Of a stretch of 64,000 bases of DNA, positions 1 through 6,938 are shown in pieces. Under the pieces are notes generated by a model. It worked only from the letters and a program-made list of their open reading frames with translations, was not told where the DNA came from and did no database searches. The position numbers were made by a program, and so were the translations under genes. The DNA lies in assembly GCA_965248445.1 (NCBI GenBank), contig CBDFJG010000003.1, positions 352,001-416,000 of the forward strand. The letters run 5' to 3'. Position 1 is the first letter of the stretch, and every line of letters begins with the position of its first letter. The stretch is from Planctomycetota bacterium (lineage in GTDB: Bacteria > Planctomycetota > JAJSAM01 > JAJVHW01).

Positions 1-531
1 CGCACGCTCGGCGTTGCGTTCGAAGTCGAGGAAGCGGGCGTGGACGAACGTCACGCGGCGGCCACGCCACCGATCGAGGTGACCCTCGAACTCGCCGAAC
101 GGAAGGCGCGCGCGGTCGCGGCTCGGCGGCCGGACGCCCTCGTGCTGGGCGCCGACACCGTGGTCGTTGCTCCGACCGGCGAGATCCTCGGTAAGCCGCG
201 AGATGACGACGACGCCCGGCGCATGCTGCGCCTGCACTCCGGTGCGACGCAGCAGGTGGTGACCGGCGTCGCCTTGCTCGGACCAGGCGTCCGGGCGGCC
301 GAGGCCTCCACGACGCGCGTGAGCATGCGCGCTCTCGACGACGCGGAGATCGACGCGTACATACGCAGCGGCGAACCGTTCGGCAAGGCGGGTGGCTACG
401 CAATCCAGGAGACCGGAGACCGCTTCGTGACGTCGATCGACGGATCCCACAGCAACGTCGTGGGGCTGCCGTTGGAGGTCGTGCGGCGACTGCTTCGTGA
501 GGCGGGAGTCCCGCTCCCCGCGATGACATGA
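1..531 (+). CDS. maf: Maf-family nucleotide pyrophosphatase (5' truncated by window edge)
   Basis: Frame open from base 1; motifs LGADTVV, ILGKP, GKAGGYAIQ, NVVGLP. Confidence 0.93.
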   Translation, partial: RTLGVAFEVEEAGVDERHAAATPPIEVTLELAERKARAVAARRPDALVLGADTVVVAPTGEILGKPRDDDDARRMLRLHSGATQQVVTGVALLGPGVRAAEASTTRVSMRALDDAEIDAYIRSGEPFGKAGGYAIQETGDRFVTSIDGSHSNVVGLPLEVVRRLLREAGVPLPAMT

Positions 532-1064
532 GGTCGTGCATCCTCCTTGCTGCACTCGCCGCGTCGCTCGCCGCCTGCGGCAACGACGAGTCCCCCGAGC
601 CCGATCCCCCGATTCGAGTCACGCCCGTGGACCCGCAAGGTGCCGCGCGGCTGACGGTGCTGCCACACGGAACCGCGCCCGCCGACGGGGTGCGGCCGGT
701 GGTCTACGTGGATGTGGCCGCGACCCACGAGGCGCGGCGCCGCGGATTGGGCGGCCGCGACCACCTCCCCGCGTACGCCGGCATGCTCTTCGTCTACCGG
801 CAGGCCGCGCTCAGGACGTTCTGGATGAAGGACTGCGCGATCGCGCTCGACATCGCCTACCTCGACGACGACGGCCGCATCGTCAGCACGGCCACCCTCG
901 GTCCGGGCACCGGCGTTCCGCCCGAGGATGTCCCGCGTGCGCACTCGGCAGCACCGGCGCGGTTCGTCTTGGAGGCCAACGCCGGGTTCCTGGCCCGCCA
1001 CGGCGTGGGCAGCGGTGACCGCGTGGACGTGACGGCCGCCACGGAGGGCGTCGAGCCCGAGTGA
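528..1064 (+). CDS. DUF192-family lipoprotein
   Basis: Lipobox LAAC; RGL..R, GMLFV, FWMK, LDIAY, VLE.NAG motifs; ATGA overlap with maf. Confidence 0.85.
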   Translation: MRSCILLAALAASLAACGNDESPEPDPPIRVTPVDPQGAARLTVLPHGTAPADGVRPVVYVDVAATHEARRRGLGGRDHLPAYAGMLFVYRQAALRTFWMKDCAIALDIAYLDDDGRIVSTATLGPGTGVPPEDVPRAHSAAPARFVLEANAGFLARHGVGSGDRVDVTAATEGVEPE

Positions 1065-1200
1065 GCCGGGCCGAGCCGGGGGTACCGAGAGGGCCGTCCG
1101 CTGCCGATGATCAGGGAGAGAGCCGCGCGGGTGGTTCGGCACCGCTGATTCGGTGTACGCGTGGCCTCGTGCGGGGGGCCGGTCCTCCCGGGAGGTACCT

Positions 1201-1659
1201 GTGACATCGCTCCGCTCACTTGCGATGGTCGGCTTCATGGCCGTCATCGCATGCACGCTGATGTACCTGTTCACCATGAAGCAGGTGACGGACACCGGCG
1301 GCCCCGCCATCGCGAAGAAGGTCGGCGCCATGCTGTCGCGCAGCCTGGCGGCCGAGGCGCCGGCGAAGATGACCGTCTACAAACAGGGCACCGGCTCGAG
1401 CACGCGCCGTCACTACGTTCTGACGCTGACGCCTTCGGAGGCGGTGGCCGCGAACGACAAGGCGGTCATCCGGCTGCTCAGCCGCGCCGCGGAACTCGTG
1501 ACGTACGAGCTCGGTGCGCCGAAGAAGAGCGTCACGATCACGTGCGTCGCGCGACTGTCCGACGACGAACGACGCGCGTCGTTCGACATGTACGGCCGGC
1601 CGACCGAAGAGCCCGCTGCCCCCGCCTCCGCCTCCGCCTCCGCAGACGCGGGCGGCTGA
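1201..1659 (+). CDS. hypothetical protein with N-terminal membrane anchor
   Basis: GGAGGT at 1191-1196 before GTG 1201; hydrophobic N-terminus; TGATG coupling to next gene. Confidence 0.7.
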   Translation: MTSLRSLAMVGFMAVIACTLMYLFTMKQVTDTGGPAIAKKVGAMLSRSLAAEAPAKMTVYKQGTGSSTRRHYVLTLTPSEAVAANDKAVIRLLSRAAELVTYELGAPKKSVTITCVARLSDDERRASFDMYGRPTEEPAAPASASASADAGG

Positions 1660-2639
1660 TGCGACCGGCCGCCCCGGTCGTCGATCTGCACGCCGACCTG
1701 CTGTGGCGGACTGCGGAGGGCGGCAAGGACCCGTGGGCGCACTGCGACGGCGAGATGCTCGATCTCCCCCGCATGCTCGCGGGGGGGCCGTCGCTGCAGT
1801 GCTTCACTCTCTACACGCCCGGTGAATACAGCGGCGCCGATGCTACGCAGTACGCCGAGCGGCTCCACGGCATCTGGAGTGACGTCGTCACCCGTGGCGA
1901 GGGGCGACTCGGATGGGTGCGGTCGCGCGCGGATCTGTCAACCGTGACGACCGCGACGCTCTGCGGCATGCTCACGATGGAAGGCGCGTCTCCGTTGCGG
2001 GGCGAGATCGCGATGCTCGATCACTTCTTCGAACTCGGAGTCCGCTCTCTCGGTCTGACGCACAACCCCCGCAACGAGGCGGGGGACGGATGCATGGTTC
2101 CGGCCGCGGAACGCTGCGGACTGACACCGTTCGGGCGCGAACTCGTCCGCCGGTCGGCGGAACTCGGTGTGCTGCTCGACGTGGCCCACCTGGCTCCCGA
2201 GGGGATCGCCGATCTGCTCGACGAGGCGGCGCGGACGCCGCAGCAACCTCCCGTCGTTTCGACGCACACCGGCTGCAAGGCGCTCACCGAACACCCGCGG
2301 AACCTCACCGACGATCAGCTGCGCGGGCTAGCCGCGACCGGCGGGCTGGTGGGCATCACGCTCTACCCGCCTCACATCCGGATCGCGGGCCGGGAGGACT
2401 CGTTCGAGAATGCGCTCGACCACGCCGCGTACGTCGCAGAGGTCTGCGGTATCGAGCACCTGGCCGTGGGAGCCGACCTGGACGGGTTCAGTCCGCCGGG
2501 CCTCCCGGGCGGAGGCGACACGCCCGCGTGTTATGCCCTATTCGAGCAGGGTCTGGCCTCTCGTGGGTTCGGCCCGGACGACGTGGCGGCGGTGCTGGGC
2601 GGCAACGCCCTGCGCGTGCTGTCGATCGTGCTGAGCTGA
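1659..2639 (+). CDS. membrane dipeptidase family (M19, amidohydrolase fold)
   Basis: DLHAD, MEG, LGLTHN, GLT.FG, DVAH, STH, RNL.D, G.DLDG, GGNA motifs; start overlaps upstream stop. Confidence 0.9.
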   Translation: MRPAAPVVDLHADLLWRTAEGGKDPWAHCDGEMLDLPRMLAGGPSLQCFTLYTPGEYSGADATQYAERLHGIWSDVVTRGEGRLGWVRSRADLSTVTTATLCGMLTMEGASPLRGEIAMLDHFFELGVRSLGLTHNPRNEAGDGCMVPAAERCGLTPFGRELVRRSAELGVLLDVAHLAPEGIADLLDEAARTPQQPPVVSTHTGCKALTEHPRNLTDDQLRGLAATGGLVGITLYPPHIRIAGREDSFENALDHAAYVAEVCGIEHLAVGADLDGFSPPGLPGGGDTPACYALFEQGLASRGFGPDDVAAVLGGNALRVLSIVLS

Positions 2640-2762
2640 GCCCGCACCGAGGCACGGGGGGGGCGAAAGACTTGGCCCCGCCGGGTCCCTGGGTACGCTG
2701 GGCGGCTTCATTCGGGGAGTCCGGCCGAAGTGCGCCGCGGCAACCTCCGGAGAGGAGTCGAG

Positions 2763-3230
2763 ATGAAGCAGGGCATCCACCCCAAGTACGAAGACTGCCA
2801 CGTCAAGTGCGGTTGCGGCGAGACGTTCGTGACCCAGTCGACCGCCAAGGAGATCAAGGTCGACATCTGCTCGGCGTGCCACCCGTTCTATACCGGCCGA
2901 CAGAAGTTCGTCGACACGGCGGGCCGCATCGAGAAGTTCAACAGCAAGTACAAGGGCTTCGATTCCAGCGCCGAGTCCGAAGCGGAAGTCGAGGCGGAAG
3001 CCGAGTCTGCGCCGAAGCCGAAGCCGAAGGCGAAGGCGAAGGCGAAAGCCAAGCCCAAGGCAAAGCCCAAGCCGAAGCCGAAGGCCGAGGAGAGGGCAGA
3101 GCCGAAGGCAGGGGCGAAGGCAGAGGCGAAGGCAGAGGCCGAGCCGGTGGCGGTGGCGGAAGCAGCGGCCGACGACGCGGCGCCCGCGGCCGACGCCGAG
3201 TCCGACAGCAAGCCCGACTCCGAGTCCTAG
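2763..3230 (+). CDS. rpmE: 50S ribosomal protein L31 (zinc-binding type) with long low-complexity C-terminal tail
   Basis: [41 protein letters not shown]. Confidence 0.95.
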   Translation: MKQGIHPKYEDCHVKCGCGETFVTQSTAKEIKVDICSACHPFYTGRQKFVDTAGRIEKFNSKYKGFDSSAESEAEVEAEAESAPKPKPKAKAKAKAKPKAKPKPKPKAEERAEPKAGAKAEAKAEAEPVAVAEAAADDAAPAADAESDSKPDSES

Positions 3231-3241
3231 CTGCGCTCTCC

Positions 3242-3279
3242 CCGGCCCCGCTGCAGTGACCGTGCTGCAGCGGGGCCGG
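3242..3279 (+). terminator. GC-rich hairpin downstream of rpmE (15-bp stem, no U-tract)
   Basis: ccggccccgctgcag / ctgcagcggggccgg perfect inverted repeat, 8-nt loop. Confidence 0.55.
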
Positions 3280-3309
3280 TCGATTCACGCGGGCGTTGAT
3301 ATGACGAAC

Positions 3310-3343
3310 GGTCATGAGGTCATGAGGTCATGAGGTCATGAGG
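3310..3343. repeat. tandem repeat (GGTCATGA)x4 abutting the prfA RBS
   Basis: Four exact 8-mers at 3310, 3318, 3326, 3334. Confidence 0.95.
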
Positions 3344-3354
3344 AGCAGAGCGCA

Positions 3355-4467
3355 ATGATCCGACGCGACCTCCTGCTGCGTGCACTGGCCGGCAAGGCGG
3401 CGCGCCACGCCGAAATCACGCTCCTCCTGCAGCAGCAGGAGGTCGTCACCAACATGGAGCGCCTGCGCACGCTCTCTCGCGAGCTCGGTCAGCTGAAGGC
3501 GTATGCGGCGTTGCACGCCACGATCTCGACGTCCGAGTCGGGTGTGGCGGACGCCGAGGAGATGCTCGCCGGGGACGACGAGGAGATGCGCGGCCTGGCC
3601 GAGGCCGAGAAGGAAGAGCTGACCGCGCGGCTTGACGAGGCGTACGGCCGCGCGGAGGAATTGCTCGCAGAGGACGACGAACTCGCGGCCCGCGACGTCA
3701 TCCTCGAGATCCGCGCGGGTGTCGGCGGCGCCGAGGCGGCGCTGTTCGCGGGCGACCTGTTCACCATGTACTCGCACTTCTGCGCCGAGCGGAAACTCAA
3801 GATCGCCGTCCTCGATTCGAACGCCGGTGAGATGGGCGGCTTCAAGGAGATCACTGCCGAGATCTCGGGCACCGGCGCGTACAAGGCGCTTCGCTTCGAG
3901 AGTGGCGGACACCGCGTGCAGCGGGTTCCCAAGACCGAGAGCCAGGGACGGATACACACCTCGGCGGCGACGGTCGCCGTGCTGCCGAAGGCCGAAGAGG
4001 TGGACGTCGACATCGACTGGATCAAGGACGTGCGCGAGGACAAGATGCGCGCGGGCGGCCCGGGCGGACAGAAGGTCAACAAGACCGAGAGCGCGATCCG
4101 GCTGACGCACCTCGAGACCGGTCTCACCGCCCACATCCAGGACGAGAAGAGTCAGCACAAGAACCGCGCGAAGGCGCGCAGCATCCTCGCGGCGCGCTTG
4201 CTCGATCATCACCGGCGGAAAGCCGACTCGGCACGCGCTGCGCAGCGCAAGGGCATGATCGGGTCGGGTGATCGGAGCCAGCGCATCCGGACGTACAACT
4301 TCCCGCAGAGTCGCGTGACGGATCACCGGATCGAGTTCAGCGTGCACGACCTCGAAGGGGTCCTGCTCGGCGGACTCGACAAGTTCCACGAGCGCCTCAG
4401 GCTGTCCGAGCGCGAGGCCCGGCTCGAGAGCCTGGCCGAGGAGCTGGAGGCGGCTGGGCCGGAGTAG
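3355..4467 (+). CDS. prfA: peptide chain release factor 1
   Basis: GGQ motif ([12 protein letters not shown]), PxT anticodon tripeptide ([14 protein letters not shown]), [15 protein letters not shown]. Confidence 0.97.
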   Translation: MIRRDLLLRALAGKAARHAEITLLLQQQEVVTNMERLRTLSRELGQLKAYAALHATISTSESGVADAEEMLAGDDEEMRGLAEAEKEELTARLDEAYGRAEELLAEDDELAARDVILEIRAGVGGAEAALFAGDLFTMYSHFCAERKLKIAVLDSNAGEMGGFKEITAEISGTGAYKALRFESGGHRVQRVPKTESQGRIHTSAATVAVLPKAEEVDVDIDWIKDVREDKMRAGGPGGQKVNKTESAIRLTHLETGLTAHIQDEKSQHKNRAKARSILAARLLDHHRRKADSARAAQRKGMIGSGDRSQRIRTYNFPQSRVTDHRIEFSVHDLEGVLLGGLDKFHERLRLSEREARLESLAEELEAAGPE

Positions 4468-4638
4468 GGTGAGCTGGAGTAGCCGCTGGGCCGGAATCAA
4501 CCGACCTCGGGACGCCCGAACTCCGGGCGCGGCCGTCCGTTACGACCGAGAGCGGCGCACCCTTCGCCCACCCGGAGCCCAAGGGGTAGCATCGCGCGCT
4601 CCTCCGGCCGGGCCGGGGAACGCGGAAGGAAGGACACG

Positions 4639-5280
4639 ATGAGTTCAGACGACGAAGACGAGACCAGGGACGCGGAAGCCGACCTGGACACCGGTGTGGG
4701 CGACGGCGGCGAGGCCGGCCTCGCTGACGCGACGGACGGCGGCGGCGGCGAATCCGAGACGAAGCTCTGCCGGTACTGCTACTCGGAGATCGACGGCGCC
4801 TCGAAACGGTGCTGCCGCTGCGGCGGGGATCTGCGCTTCATCGAGAAGACGGACATCAAGCAGAACTGGACCATGCTGTTCCTCTGCGTGTCCGTGTTCG
4901 TGTCGTGCATCTGGCTCCCGATAGAGCGGCACGACGGTCACTTCCTGTATCCGTCGCACTCGTTCTCCGGCGGCTTCCTCACGATCTTCGCCGCGTACGG
5001 GATGCTCGCGAGCTACGCCAACATCCTGCAGCGCAAGGCGATCTACTGGCCGATGCTGTTCATGGCGTTCGACGGTCTGTACCACGCGATCACGCGCTAC
5101 ATCTCGCTGTTCAAGCAGATCCCCGAGGGCGCCGAAGCACGCGACTACATCCTGATGGGCGGTCCCGCACTGCCGATCATCCTGTTCTGCTCGTTGATGA
5201 CGCTCTGGACCTTCATGAAGGGCGCCGCTTCGGGACGCGCGAAGGACAAGGCCGTCAAGGACGCGGCGCGACGCCGCTGA
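4639..5280 (+). CDS. hypothetical membrane protein with zinc-ribbon
   Basis: Acidic N-terminus, CRYC-x10-CRC motif, about 4 hydrophobic segments; AAGGA RBS. Confidence 0.75.
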   Translation: MSSDDEDETRDAEADLDTGVGDGGEAGLADATDGGGGESETKLCRYCYSEIDGASKRCCRCGGDLRFIEKTDIKQNWTMLFLCVSVFVSCIWLPIERHDGHFLYPSHSFSGGFLTIFAAYGMLASYANILQRKAIYWPMLFMAFDGLYHAITRYISLFKQIPEGAEARDYILMGGPALPIILFCSLMTLWTFMKGAASGRAKDKAVKDAARRR

Positions 5281-6143
5281 GCGGCGTTCCCACGCCGACC
5301 GTCCTGAGTCTCCTCGCCGACGCCGAGGAGCGCCTGCAGCGAGCAGGCTGCTCCTCGGCCCGGCTCGACGCCGCGCTGCTCCTCGCGTTCGCGTTGAAGA
5401 CGGAGCGCGCGCGTCTGCCGCTCGAACCCGAGCGCCCGGTCTCTTCGGCCGAGTGCACGGAGTTCGAGCGCCTGCTCGCTCTGCGGGAGCGACGCCGTCC
5501 CGTCGCGCAGCTGCTCGGGCAAGCCGAGTTCTGGTCGCTGCCGTTCGAGGTCTCGGACGACGTGCTCGCACCGCGTCCCGAGACCGAGATGCTCGTCGAG
5601 GCGGCGGCTGCGCACCTCTCGAGCACACCGACTGCGCTCGCGGCGGACGTGGGCACCGGGAGCGGCTGCATCGCCGTTGCCCTGGCAAACGAAGTTCCGG
5701 GCGCTCGCGTGCTCGCCACCGACACGAGCCCGCGCGCGCTCGCCGTCGCCGGGCGGAACGCCGTGGCTAACGCCGTCGCCGATCGCGTGACGCTTCTGCG
5801 CGGAGACCTCCTGGCGCCGCTCGATCCGGGTCGGCCGCTCGACGCGGTGCTCTCGAATCCGCCGTACGTCCGACGGTCCGAGGCGGGGGAGGTGGACCCG
5901 GAAGTCCTGTGGGAGCCGGCGAGCGCGGTCTTCTGCGAGGGCACTCCCGCGAAGCTCTACGCCCGCATCGCCGCCGACGCTGCGCCACTCCTTCGTGCGG
6001 GCGGCATCCTGCTCCTCGAGACCCCGGACCGGGGAACTGATGCGATCGTGGCCGCCGTCGCCGCAGCGGGCGCCTATCGCGAGATCGTCGTCGAGCGGGA
6101 CCTCGCGGGGAAGCTGCGGATGCTCCGAGCGGTCCGTCAGTAG
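5277..6143 (+). CDS. prmC: release factor glutamine methyltransferase (start uncertain, probably CTG)
   Basis: PRPETE, DVGTGSGCIA, SNPPY, RDLAG motifs; located in prfA operon. Confidence 0.92.
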   Translation: MSGVPTPTVLSLLADAEERLQRAGCSSARLDAALLLAFALKTERARLPLEPERPVSSAECTEFERLLALRERRRPVAQLLGQAEFWSLPFEVSDDVLAPRPETEMLVEAAAAHLSSTPTALAADVGTGSGCIAVALANEVPGARVLATDTSPRALAVAGRNAVANAVADRVTLLRGDLLAPLDPGRPLDAVLSNPPYVRRSEAGEVDPEVLWEPASAVFCEGTPAKLYARIAADAAPLLRAGGILLLETPDRGTDAIVAAVAAAGAYREIVVERDLAGKLRMLRAVRQ

Positions 6144-6167
6144 GAGTCCGTCGAACGGGGGCTCACC

Positions 6168-6938
6168 TCACCCTGCGTCCCCGCGCGCCACCTTCACCGC
6201 GCGCGTGAACACTGCCAGGCCCTCGCCGCCGGCGTTGCCGCGCGTCCAGCGGGGGTGGTGCCACGACTCGACGTTGCGCTCCGGGTGTGGCATCAGGCCC
6301 AGCACCCGCCCGGTCGGGTCGCAGATTCCCGCGATGTCGTGGCGCGAGCCGTTCGGGTTCCACGGGTACTCGGCGGGGCCGCCGGACGGACCGGTGTAGC
6401 GGAACGCGACCTGGCCGTTTTCCTCGATCGACGTCCGCGCGGCGTCGGACGTGACGAAGCGTCCCTCCGCGTGCGCGACGGGGCACTCGATGACCTGGCC
6501 GCGCTCGAGCATCACGGAGCGGTCGGTGACGCACTCCAGGCGAACCCAGCGGCACTCGAAGTGACCCGACGCGTTGGGTTGCAGGCTGGCCGTCACGTCG
6601 CCGTCGCTGCCGGGGAGCAGCCCGGCACGGGTCAGGATCTGGAAGCCGTTGCAGATGCCCAGCACCAGCGCGCCATCGGCGATTCGCGAGCGCAGCTCGG
6701 GTAGCACCGCCCGCCTCATCTCCACCGCGAAGACGGTACCCGCGGCGATGTCGTCGCCGTAGGTGAACCCACCCGGGAACACGACGATGCCGAATGCGCG
6801 CAGGCGCTCCGGTTCCTCGATCACGGCGTGCAGGTGCACCAAATCCACCGAGGCCCCGGCGCGCTCCAGCGCGTGCACGGTCTCGCTGTCGCAGTTGGTG
6901 CCCGCGGTGCGCAGGACGGCAGCGCGAACGGCGCTCAT
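6168..6938 (-). CDS. purQ: phosphoribosylformylglycinamidine synthase glutaminase subunit
   Basis: GTNCD, PGGFTYGD, GICNGFQ, AHAEG, NPNGS, MPHPER. Confidence 0.95.
   Translation of the reverse strand: MSAVRAAVLRTAGTNCDSETVHALERAGASVDLVHLHAVIEEPERLRAFGIVVFPGGFTYGDDIAAGTVFAVEMRRAVLPELRSRIADGALVLGICNGFQILTRAGLLPGSDGDVTASLQPNASGHFECRWVRLECVTDRSVMLERGQVIECPVAHAEGRFVTSDAARTSIEENGQVAFRYTGPSGGPAEYPWNPNGSRHDIAGICDPTGRVLGLMPHPERNVESWHHPRWTRGNAGGEGLAVFTRAVKVARGDAG

Noticed and set aside
1621..1642. Short coding microsatellites (cgcctc x3; acggca x3 near 45496; PTTQG/PTIQG near 33178)
   Set aside because: In-frame low-complexity linkers with no sign of phase variation.
1161..1658. Extended N-termini given by the ORF track for the dipeptidase (also prmC, purQ, trmD, the MlaE-family gene and the FHA protein)
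   Set aside because: The extensions overlap neighbouring genes and precede the family-conserved N-termini; starts were trimmed.
3355..4467. prfB with programmed frameshift
   Set aside because: The ORF is continuous and has the RF1 PxT motif rather than the RF2 SPF motif.
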